Below are positions 1 to 11,052 of a stretch of 64,000 nt of DNA, one piece after another; within the stretch, counting starts at the first letter, position 1, and each line of letters starts with the position of its first letter. The stretch is from Oculina patagonica (Eukaryota), in NCBI RefSeq assembly GCF_052425735.1, contig NC_135761.1, positions 14,880,001 to 14,944,000 of the forward strand. The letters are read 5' to 3'. The notes beneath the pieces were generated by a model that saw only the letters and a list, made by a program, of their open reading frames with translations, ran no database searches and had not been told where the DNA came from. The position numbers and the translations under genes were made by a program.

Positions 1-120
1 GTTGTCCAGAATTCAATTTTTGTAAAAGATATTTGCCGTCGGATTCCCATAAAAACACTGTAATTTCTACCCGCTTTGCCTACTCGTCAAGATGGCGCCG
101 AAAACCGTGATAAGGCCTTT

Positions 121-245
121 AAACAATTGAACTAACAATTGAACTAAAAACCCGAGGTTTTTTATGAGGAAATAGTCAACGAGGCGTAGCCGAGTTGACT
201 ACTGCTCATAAAAAACGAGGGAAAGCAGTCTAATTGCTTTAGCAG
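121..245. mobile_element. Palindromic non-autonomous element (Crypton-like MITE remnant)
   Basis: Hairpin tttttatgag..atagtcaac-gaggcgtagcc-gagttgacta..ctcataaaaa with aacaatt/aattg ends; same style as 16856-17425. Confidence 0.45.
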
Positions 246-437
246 ACACTCTAAAGGGTTGATTTCTATCAGCCGATAGTTCCTCGACAGAAACACTCAT
301 TGTTTAAATAGACAACGATAAGAGACCATTCATCCACACGCAACTGTTTATTTGTCGCATCTGTTTGGAGTGTTAGCTCAGTAAAATCTGAAAGACTACG
401 TTTAAAACATTTTTCGTTCTTTTTTATTTCCTTTTAG

Positions 438-1616
438 AATTCACCAATGAAGAACAGATGGGTTTGGATACACATAACAAATTCCGTAAAATACATGGAG
501 TTCCTCTGATGACACTAGACCGGCAAATGTGTGATCAGGCTAAAGCATACGCCCAAAAAATTGCCCAGCTGGGGGAGCTTAAGCACTCCTCAAAAGAGGA
601 AAGAGAGGAACAAGGCGAAAACCTTTCCATGGGATGTTCCACCAACAAGGCACAAGCTATGGAAGAAGCTGTGACAAACTGGTAGGTGACAAAGAATGCT
701 TACTGCAAATTGTACGGAATTGTTTTTTTTTTTTGTCTGTGCTAGTTTTACTCAATGACATTGAACAAAACAATTAGATCAATTTATTATCAAATAGCTG
801 TATACTTCTTATCTGAGAATGCAGCTAGGTTTAGGATAATATTACACATATGTTTAGGAGGTGTAGACATGTGCCTTTACTAAACCAAGTTTGATTAAAG
901 GTAGCGGTCCTTCTAGCCCATTTATTTTCTGATCTAGTAAATTCGGATTGTTTGAATCTATGTGTGAGGTGGAACGAAAATACAGAAAAAGGTCGAGCCA
1001 CGACGACATAGGGGCAGCGGACAGAGGTAACTGACCAATGCAATTTCACTCAAATAGAACGAAAATCTGAAACTAGCTTCAGTTACCAATCTGAACGATC
1101 CATCATCTGAGGTGAATTGGTCGGATTGCAATCTGAGACTGGCTTGTCCATGAATGGAACAAGAAATCTAATTTTCGAACGCAAAATCTGGATTTAGAAT
1201 GGTCGGTTTCTGTAACTTCCATCTTTCATTAGTTGGTAGGCACACTGAACTGCAGCCTTATTTATTTTAGGTACAACGAGGTCTGTAATCCCGGATATAA
1301 TTTCAATGGTGACGGCAAAAGCACCGGGACAGGCCATTTTACCCAAGTGGCGTGGAAAACAAGCACGCAGCTTGGTATTGGACGAGCTGAAACAACACGG
1401 AACGGCATGCAGTGTGCGTATATTGTCGGCAGATACCAACCTGCAGGAAACTTTTTTGGGAAGTTTGCAGAAAATGTTCAAAGGGGTAGCTTTGACGCTG
1501 CCAGTTACTGCGCCTCACTTCGAGACAAATCATCATTTGAAGACCAAGGACAAGCAGTGTTTGAAAAAACTGGGTATCCGGAGTTTCGTGATCAGCGTGA
1601 ACCTGTATTTAGCTGA
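438..1616 (+). CDS. CAP (GAPR-1/GLIPR2-like) gene copy 1, 5'-partial; exons 438-681 and 1271-1616
   Basis: Canonical GT-AG boundaries (cttttag|AATTC...AACTG|gtaggt; ttttag|GTACAAC). The joined frame gives HNKFRKIH...LKHS...GENLSMG...WYNE...GHFTQVAW...IVGRYQPAGN, the CAP1/CAP2 motifs. Upstream exons lie outside the window. Confidence 0.92.
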
Positions 1617-2779
1617 AGAAGACTTCTGTTGTCCACAAGTGCTTTTTTATGGAAAACGAATTACTATAATTATATGTAACACATGTTATATATATAATTA
1701 CTTGTCTTAATTAAAATAAGGTTGAAAAACGAGTCACAGTTGTGGAATTGTCTGGTTACTTACTCAGAGAACTCTTATGATTTACTCACTAGAGGATGGT
1801 TTCCATGTTTAAGAAAATAATATAATGCAAGTTTTAGGACTTGAAAAGCTGCTAGTGGATTTTCTACACCTCCAACGTTCATTTTTTTTCTCACAGGACA
1901 TAGGAAAACCATTTCCAAGTTCAGTGGTTTAGAATATAGAATTAAAAATGAGTACAGAACTTAACTGAAAGTTTAGAAGACTAATAAATTTCAACAATAG
2001 CTTCTTCATCTGTTGCCACTGTCTAAATTTCTTTTTTCTGTTCACCACTAAATTTTTGTGAATCTAATTGTTTCTTCTTTTTTTTAATTCAGCTAAACCC
2101 CTACCCTTCACAATTCCTCAACGATTTTAGGGTTGCAACTCCAAATTGCGCCTGTAAACTAGCTTTGATTTCAGTGCTATTTAATATTATTTTAGAGTGA
2201 TATCGCCAGAGGTTTCGAACTTGCGATAAACAAAACAAAAAACAGGACCATCCTTGTCTTTATAAGGCGTGTGTACATGCACTAGTAGAAACATTATGTT
2301 CAATTTATAAAGTTTCATAGAAATTCTAGCAATATCGCGCTCTTATAAACCTCAAATTCTAGCTGGCTGCAGTGTGAACGCGATAAAAATTACCGTGAAA
2401 ATCTGGATAAGCACTTTAAATTGCCTTTGTATATGGGCCTTGCCACTATGCGATACTTGGAGCTTTTGAATGTACGTGCGTAAATTCAAACATTGCATTT
2501 CAATTGTCGTCTAGCAAATATGATGAAATAAATCAAAACAAGCTTTCCTTCCAACCTCAAACTGCTTCACGTTCATTTATGTATTCTTTTTCAAACTCAA
2601 AAAATTGCTTGCAACTAAATGAGCCCGAAATAAGGCAGCAGAGATCAGCAGACCTCTGTAACAGTATCAAAAAAATGAGAGAAAAGCAACGACATCTTAT
2701 AATTGTCCATGTGTTCCCCTGCAAAACATTTGCCCACCTTTTTCGTTAATTTACCCGATACACATCACAATAGGTTTTG

Positions 2780-4810
2780 CGATTTTACTTTGTTTCGTAT
2801 AACAGCCGAAGCGAGACTAGTTCTGTTTAGGATACCAGGAAATGGGGAGTGGTCAAGATCACTGGTAAATTAAGTAATACTTGATAACTTTAGAGAATCT
2901 TTCGACAAGATAATTGCTACTAATTAACATTTGCAAAAATTGACGAGCAGCGTTAAGGTCACAAACTAAAAGATGGTAAATCGATACAAAATTTTTAGAC
3001 ATTTCTACCCTTTACATAAGTTGCGGCTTCTTTGAAGGGTAACAGCTATATAAATTTGAAAAACAATAGCTTGAATGACTTCAGGTTCGATAGTAAAAAC
3101 GTTCGACATACCTTTGACAGGTTATAACAGTCGAAGCGAGACTAGTTCTGTTTAGGATACCAGGAAATGGGGAGTGGTCAAGATCACTGGAAAATTAAGA
3201 AATGCTTAAAAGCTTTAGGGGAATTTACAGACAAGATAATTGCTGCTAAACATTTGCGAAAATTGACGATAAGCCAAAATTAGGCAAACATCCCCCCACC
3301 CCCTTTAAGCTTAAATTCCCTGAATACACCTCTGAAGAGGTTCTGGATTTTACTTTGTTTCGTATAACAGCCGAAGCGTTACTTGTTCTGTTTAGAATAC
3401 CAGGAAATGGGCAGTGGTCAAGATGACACTAGTAAATGAAGTAATACTTGATAACTTTAGAGAATCTATCGACAAGATAATTGCAACTAGTTTTTTGGCG
3501 AAAATCAAACGGATTAGCTTAAATAGATACAGAATTTTCAAATTATTTCACCTATATACATAAAGTACGGCTCCCTGGAAGCGATAACAGCTAACTAAAT
3601 CTGAAAACACTGTTCGATGTTAAAAAACGTTCAACATGCCTTTAACACGTTATAACAGCCGAAGCGAGACTAGTCCTGTTTAGGATACCAGGAAATGGGG
3701 AGTGGTCAAGATCACTGGTAAATTAAGTATACTTAAATGAGGGATACAGACAAGATAATTGCTACAGTTGACGACGTTAAGGACCTGAAATGAGATTGAC
3801 ATTTCTACCCTACATTACGGCCTTTGAAGGGTAACAGCTAAATAAATCTGAAAAACAAATAGCTTGAATGATTTTAGTTTGATAGTTAAACGTTCATGCC
3901 TTTGACAGGTTTAACAGCCGAAGCGAGACTAATTTGTTTAGGATACCAGGAAATGGGGAGTGGTCGAGATCACTGGTCAATTAAGTAATACTTGATAGCT
4001 TTGGAGAATCTATCGAAAGGATAATTGCTACAAAACATTTTTAAGAATCGATGTATAAGCTTCAAGGACACAAACTGAAATATGGTAAATCGATACAGAA
4101 TTTTAAAAATTTCTACCCTCTAGCCTATACATAAAGTACGGCTCCCTTGAAGCGATAACGGCTATCTAAATCTTAAAAACAAATGGCTTTTAAAGAATAA
4201 TTTTAAGTTCGATGTTAAAAACGTTCAACATGCCTTTAACACGTTATAACAGCCGAAGCGTAACTAGTTCTGTTTAGGAAACCAGGAAATGGGGAGTGGT
4301 CGAGATCACTGGTAAATTAATATATAGACAAGGTTATTGCTACTAAACATTTGCGAAAATTGACGATCGTTGTTAAGGACACAAACTGAAAGTATAGTAA
4401 ATAGATACAATTTTTTTACCCTTTGCATAAATAACGGCTCCTTTGGAGGAATGACAGCTATATAAATCTGAAAAACACTAATAGCTCGAATAATTTTAAG
4501 TTCGATGTTAAAAACGTTCGTGCCTTTGACGGGTTATAACAGCCGAAGCGAGACAAGTTCTGTTTAGGATACCAGGAAATGGGGAGTGGTCGAGATCACT
4601 GGTCAATTAAGTAATGATTAGACGACTAGGCCTGAAAATCTATCGACAGCGCCACTGTTACAACCAGCTGTGACTCGAAATTGACAGAACAACATTAATA
4701 TCGCAAAGGGGAAGATGGTAAGTAGGCAAAAAAAGTTTAGACATTTCTTCACGGTTTTCAGAAGGAGATAAGCATAAGTATAAATATAAATCTGAAAAAC
4801 AAATGGCTTA
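2780..4810. repeat. Tandem array of 7 units (240-335 bp) with a conserved ~75-bp core
   Basis: Core AACAGCCGAAGCGAGACTAGTTCTGTTTAGGATACCAGGAAATGGGGAGTGGTC(A/G)AGATCACTGG starts at 2801, 3126, 3366, 3654, 3913, 4248 and 4538. The intervening sequences are homologous but indel-rich. Confidence 0.95.
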
Positions 4811-4834
4811 AATTATGAAATTAAATTGATTTAA

Positions 4835-5058
4835 AGGAGCAATGTCACGGTATTTTAAGTCATTTTTTCTGATTCCTTTCAAATTGAAGGAAACCTCAAA
4901 ATAGTAGTTTTCTAATGTAGAAAAACGACAAAGGAGTAAAAAAAATGCGGAAATAACCAAGAATGGTTTCGACTGATAAAGTTTAAGACAAATTTCGAAC
5001 GACAATTTTGAAAAAACTTTGCCAATTTTCAACATCTGTTGTCCGTGCCGTAACTCCT
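4835..5058. mobile_element. Non-autonomous DNA transposon with TTAA target duplication (Kolobok-like)
   Basis: TTAA|AGGAGC..GTCACGG ... CCGTGCC..ACTCCT|TTAA; AG...CT termini flanked by TTAA. Confidence 0.6.
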
Positions 5059-5139
5059 TTAAGAATTACTGGAAACAAATACGTTTAACATATTGAATGG
5101 AACGGATCGCTGCTAGAAAAAGATATAAAACTATAACTA

Positions 5140-5355
5140 CATTGCTGATCCTAGCAGTATACAGGACGCGTGTCACTTTCACCAGTAAAATGGCCCAGCT
5201 CACCGAGTCTCTCGTAGCTCAGTTGGTTAGAGCGCCCAACCGGTATCTGGGAGGCCATGGTTCGACCGTCGGGGACCGTTTTTCTCCCATGCTCGAGTCA
5301 TGTTGAACCTTCTCTTCATTATTTATTACCGAGCTTAAATTTACCATCTTTATTA
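5140..5355 (+). mobile_element. tRNA-derived SINE-like repeat
   Basis: A box GTAGCTCAGTTGGTTAGAGC (5215) and degenerate B box GGTTCGACC (~5259); no intact cloverleaf. Confidence 0.6.
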
Positions 5356-5652
5356 TATTACTAACTATAAAGTTCCTGCGTTCACTCTACTTTTATTCTA
5401 AGTAATCCTTTGAGTATTACGCGATGTTGCGTAACCAAGCACGATTTTTGTTTTAAATTCTATTGAATTAAGCTTCTTGTTTATCTGAGGTTTAAATAAC
5501 ACTTGTCGCCCCCAAGTAATTTATATGGAAATTCGAGCCTTGCTAAACTAAAAGTAGATTTTCCGCTGCTTGTTTTTTTATTATAAAGTGCATTGAAAAT
5601 GTACGGTTATCATTAAGCAGCCACTGACTGTAACTTTGTTTCTTATAAGATC

Positions 5653-8600
5653 ATGGTTCGCGTTGCTCTGGTTTTATTTGTCTGGTGCGCATTTGCAAAA
5701 AGAGGTAAGTATGTACTATGAAATTGCATGAAGTTCACGTTTACTTCTGTTCTATTATCACCTCAGGTCATAACATCCTAGTAGTCCCAATGTTAAAATC
5801 TTACTAAAAAAAAATCGAAAAGAAAATTTTGCCAAAAAACGAGATAACAAACAGCGTCAAACGAAAGTACTTTGCAATGGCTTCCATTTAAATGGCAACA
5901 AAGTATCGTTTTACGTTCAGACTCAAACATCAATCACAATTACATTTCAATTTCTCAATTGTGTCTGGTTTGCGAGGAGCTTTCCAGTTCTTTATATTTC
6001 AGTGCGTCGTTTAGCGTGTCTAGCCAGATAAAACCAAGTTAAATAACAGAACGATTTGCCCATGGTTTTGTTTATATTTATGACTTGTGGCTAGGTTTGG
6101 AATTGAAGAAAAAAAAATTGTGCAGACAATACCTTATTGGTTTTTTTTGTTTCTTTTCTTTGTTTATTTGTTTATATGGAAAAGTTGTCCCTGGTAGTAA
6201 GGTTGTTCTCCATACCGAGTCACTGACAAAATACAATAGGTGGTTACGTGTTTTCATGCAACAAATTAAACCAATAGAAACATTGCGATTACGTAATCCA
6301 TGCATAGTGTATGAGCGAAAAACAAAAGATGTGTAGGGTCGTGGACCTTCCAACATAAATCCGGCGTGGCCTTTTCGTTTGCCCTTTTATGTTTGCCGGG
6401 CATTTCCCTCTATTAACTATGCTCCGGCCGAAAGAGTTTTCATACTAGCTGCGAACCGTTTACATGAGGTCCATGAGAAATCACAAAGTTGGCTCTTCGG
6501 GCAGGGTGACTCTGGGATGCTTACTTAAGGAGAGTGATCGTCAAGACATCGGCCCGTTTTTTAGTTTGCTATTTTGGTTAAGCTACGGTGGTATTTTGCA
6601 TGAGTTCCTGTCCAAACGCTTTTACGTCCTTTTCTCTATTCAGGTGTGAACGGAATCAAAGCGACTGTCACAGGAGGGAATGTACAATTGTCACCTGATC
6701 AAAAGACCTTGACACTTCAGCTGCAGTTGGACGGAACCACAGGGACACCAATGACCACTGGTGGAGGCGGAGTCACAGGAGCAGTCACAGGAGCAGTCAC
6801 AGGAGCAGGCGCAGGAGCAGGCGGAGGTATATACCTTAGTTTGCTTCAAATGGTTTCTCTATAATTTACAGTTGCTCAGGGCCGTAACTTGCAGGAGGCA
6901 ACTTGCCTCGTCTTGATTTTAATAGTCTGGCGGCTAAGCTCCTGAATTGTGCAATTTTTGATACAAGCCCGAAACTTTGCAGGATTACAAGCATTCACAT
7001 ACAAATCAATTCTCGATATAGTGCCAACGCCAATTTCCTATTTTCAGCTAGTAAACAGCAATGAAATTTTCAGCCAAGAGGCCCCTCCCCCACGAAGTAC
7101 TTCTTTTTGCGCCTTTATACACCTTTTATTGTGGATTTTATTTCAAAACGCCTTTATACACCTTTTATTGTGGATTTTATTTCAAAAATACAGATATGAA
7201 TGCTTTAAATTAGGCTTACAGTTTATATGTTTTTTAATTAACCATCTTTTTTATACCAATAAAATTTTATACTTGCATCAAAAAGTGCACAATTCAACCA
7301 AAATTTCGAGCTAAGCCGCCGGACTATAACCCCAAATTAAAGACAAAATACGTTTAGTTGGGAAAAAAATCCCCAGTTCAACAAAATTTATTTTTCTCCA
7401 GAAATACATTATTGAAAATGTTTAAGAAAGAGTATTTGAGCTGATTGTTTTGATAATTTTCTGGAGGGCATGCCGTCAGAACTGGCTCCAATCAAGATCT
7501 TGCCTCGTCTATGTTAAAGATCTGGTTACGGCCCTGTTGCTTCTGTATTTAACGCAACTACCTACAATATCAACTCGACTGAAAACTGAAGTCTTACGTT
7601 TGAAACACTTTCTTCCAGAATTCACTTCTGACGAAAAAGTGGGATTGGCAATGCATAATAAATTCCGAGGAGTACATGGAGTTCCCCTGATGACACTGGA
7701 CAGACAAATGTGTGATCAGGCTAAAGAATACGCCCAAAAACTCGCCCAGCTTGGGACGCTCCAGCACGCTTCTAAACAGGAAAGAGAGGGACAAGGCGAA
7801 AACCTTTCCTATGGATGTAGCTCTAACCAGGCACAAACCGTGGAGGAAGCCGTGACAAACTGGTGAGATTTGTTATATTATATTTTTCTTCATAATCAAA
7901 GACCATATCATATTCATATCTCTGAGTTGAGAATGTTGTGAGTGATTACAATTTGCCATCATCTAAAAGGGTCTCAATGGGGTTAACCGTTAGCCGTAAA
8001 ACGGCCAAAAATTTAAATCGGTCAGTAAGTTTAAATAAAACCGACTAGATCACTACGTCGTCCCAGAACGGTCCTAAGACCTAAAATATGTTTTTTTAAA
8101 AAAATGGAAATTAATTTTTAACTTTTAAAAACAATGAAAATTAATTAAATTCTGTTAATCATAATGGAAATAAATTAACCGTTAACTTTAACAGAGTCAA
8201 AATTTTAACCGTTAACCGTAAACGCCGCCACCCCATTGAGACCCTCATCTAATGCTGGCTAAAACTACCGCGTACTCAGAATTGTTACTTCAGTCTCAGT
8301 AGACTATTTATAAAAGACTGGTTTTAATTGGAAACATAAGTATACCCATAATCACAAGCATATACCGGTATCTGCCTTGTTTCAACAAAAGGTGCCCAGT
8401 AGACTGACAGAAGGGCCTACAATTCACTGGCACGTCCACCTTTTATCACACCAGTGTAGACATATCCCATGCCTTGGAGAATACAGCCGATCAAGACGCT
8501 AGAAAGTTGTTGCATATTCTGTGGTTTCTCACAGGTCACTTCCACGGAGGTTTCCCGGCGTTAATCACGTCTTAAATGTTTTCCCGCCGAAAGCCTAAGC

Positions 8601-10582
8601 TGCAGCTCGCGCTAGGTAGTTTTCATATGCCCGCTCGTTTAGATTTTTTAAAAAAATGGTAAAAGATGAATGATAATTCAAATTGTAATTATTAATTATG
8701 TACTGAGATTTACTCTTTGCAGAGTCGGTTATGTAAAAATAGTTCATCACAATATCGAGAAACAATCTGATTGGTCATACGATTTTTCTCACTAGCGAAA
8801 AAGAGATCGTATGAGCAATCGTATGGCCTCATACGAAATGTTTCGTTAGTGAGAAAAATCGTTTCGGTTGTAACCTGCCATTTTACGAGTCCGTGTCTCG
8901 CTAATCTTGGCTTCTAGAGTGCTTCTAAGAGTGTAAAATGCTGTTTGTATTTAATTCGGAATAAAATAGCATCACTTAATGATCTGTACTCACAGAAAGG
9001 TTCAGTATATTAGACTTACACTGAAAAGATTAAATAAAAGAAATTGAAGTAGTAAATATAACATAAATGTAAAATTGAGCCAAAGCATTATCATTGACAA
9101 AACTTAACACGTTTAAATCGATTTCGGATTCCCCGATGCAGAATGTTTTGAAAGGAACTTTGTTCGTGGGATATTAATTTCTCTGACTAAAAAATACTAT
9201 CTAACTGAAAGACAGTTTTGGTATAGCTACTACACAATTAATAAAAAAGTGGCCAAATGAAAGACAGTTTTTACTCAAAATTATCGCAATGGCGTGAAAA
9301 TGATTGCTAAATGCACAAACAACCACAAACTACAACTAGAACTCGATTTTGTTTATAAAGCAATGAATACTCGCCTTTAGAAGAACCTATAGGCCTTTAA
9401 TTCCACTTCTATTTTGTCCTTTCACATTTACAACAGTTGGTGAGCAGCTATTTCGAATTTGCAGAGCAAATCTTTCATGTGCTCGCTCTTACAAAGCTGC
9501 AAAATGATTCCGCACGGAAAATACACTCGACTACTCATCTCGCAACGGATAACGCCTGCTGTGAGCGGGATGGATGGGAGAACATCGCCCGCTCCCGGAA
9601 CCAATCAGATCGCAGGATTTGTAGAATACCGCGGCTCACTAAAGACCAAGAAAATGAAAACACAAGAACTGAAATAATTGATAAAATGTTGCCTTATTGC
9701 AGGAATTTCTAACGTTAAATAAAGAGCCACGGCAGATGGAAGAAACTGAACGCCTCCCTTAACGAGTTCAAAATCGCAGTGTGAAAGAAAGTTAACAAAG
9801 ATCCGAAGGATATGAACCAAATGCCTTGCGTTCGTTAATGGCAAGCTAAGCTTTGCATGGTAATTTTAAAAAGATCAAGAATTACCGATTTAGCATCACG
9901 AAGGACACCTATACCATAATAGTTATTACCACATTTATATGAGTGCTGCAAGTACCGCGGCTAACTGACTTAGTATCATACTGGTTATCACGCTGCTGTC
10001 CTCACTTTTCGTCCACCTATGTTTTTTCACAGTCCCCTATTTTTTTCGTGAAGTCGTAGAGATCGATTGTTGCGGCCCATCGCACTTAACAAACGATCTC
10101 TACAACAACTTCACGGGAAAATAGGGGACTGTGAACAGTCTAGTTTTTGTGCAAAAACCAACAAGTGTAAGGGGGTGGTTGCTCTACCGTTTTCTCCTTG
10201 ATTGTTTGTAGATATACTCAACCGCAGCTTTGATATTTTTTTTAGGTACAACGAAGTGTGTGATCCGGGATACAATTTTGCAAGAGGCCGTTTTAGTGGT
10301 GGAACAGGCCATTTTACCCAAGTGGTGTGGAAAGAAAGCACAGTACTTGGTATTGGACGAGCTGAAGTAGAACAAAACGGCATGAAGTGTGCGTATATCG
10401 TCGGCAGATATAAAATTGCAGGGAACATGATGGGGCAGTATGCAGAAAATGTGCCAAAGGGCAGCTTAAACAAAGCCAGTTACTGCTCATCAGTTTTTGA
10501 CAAACCAGGGCCGACAGGAGTGAATGTTCCGGTTAAGAAAACTGGGCCAGCTGAATTTCGGAGTCAAACTGTATTGAGATGA
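5653..10582 (+). CDS. Secreted CAP gene copy 2; exons 5653-5704, 6644-6826, 7619-7862, 10246-10582
   Basis: Signal-peptide exon MVRVALVLFVWCAFAKR-G|gtaagt; phase 1-1 linker exon (...QKTLTLQLQLDG...GVTGAVTGAVTGAGAGAGG); 244-nt exon A; exon B with GHFTQVVW. All junctions GT-AG and in frame. Confidence 0.88.
6877..7536. mobile_element. hAT-like MITE in an intron of copy 2
   Basis: TIRs CAGGGCCGTAAC / GTTACGGCCCTG, subterminal TTGCCTCGTCT, flanked by 5-bp direct repeat TTGCT. Confidence 0.7.
7967..8246. mobile_element. MITE with AGGGTCTCAATGGGG TIRs
   Basis: Inverted ends (A)AGGGTCTCAATGGGG / CCCCATTGAGACCCT(C), internal (AA)CCGT(TA) sub-repeats, flanking duplication (C)ATCTAA (6-8 bp depending on register). 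Confidence 0.75.
10024..10142. mobile_element. Short palindromic MITE
   Basis: TTCACAGTCCCCTATTTT..CGTGAAG..GTAGAGATCG mirrored by CGATCTCTAC..CTTCACG..AAAATAGGGGACTGTGAA. Confidence 0.65.
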
Positions 10583-10645
10583 AGACGTTCGAGACCCCTG
10601 TTACCCCGCAAACGTTACTATGGTTTCTTCGTGGAAAGTTTACTA

Positions 10646-11052
10646 CAGTAAAAACTCGCGAGAAAGAACCTAATTTTTCCAGGTTAGCGTAAACAGGTTC
10701 TTACTTACAAGGTAGTTAACACAAATTTAGGTTCTTAATAGGTTCTTATTTTCTGAAGAAAAAAATTACAAAGTTGCTAATAGAACTTTCAGAGTACTGA
10801 ACCTATTTCTTGTATGGAATTTTCCTACCAAATAAGTGTTTATGTAAAAATGAAGCACTAATCAGTCAGACCAAAACATTATATACATGTAATGCCTTGT
10901 CCAAACTGATTTTCCCAAAAGTAAACATATTTAATCAATATGTTTCCAAAGTTTTCTTATTTGCAAAATTTTATATAAGGCCGGGTTCTTATTTGCAAAT
11001 TGTAGCCTAACAGGTTCTTAAATGTAAGTTTCTTACTCGCGGGTTTGTACTG
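10646..11052. mobile_element. Tc1/mariner (pogo-type) MITE in the 3' UTR of CAP copy 2
   Basis: TA|CAGTAAAAACTCGCGAG ... CTCGCGGGTTTGTACTG|TA. The flanks rejoin to match the uninterrupted 3' UTR of copy 3 (19371-19430). Confidence 0.85.

Noticed and set aside
2801-2830. U6 snRNA similarity (minus strand CTCGCTTCGGC) or a hammerhead in the array core
   Set aside because: Only 11 nt match U6 and there is no ACAGAGA box. I found no CUGANGA/GAAA core with paired stems on either strand.
2780-4810. CRISPR array
   Set aside because: The spacers are 170-260 bp and homologous to one another, the context is eukaryotic, and no cas genes are present.
5212-5285. Functional tRNA genes (also ~14850-14925 and 40420-40495)
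   Set aside because: A and B boxes are present but the acceptor and T stems do not close, and SINE body sequence follows.
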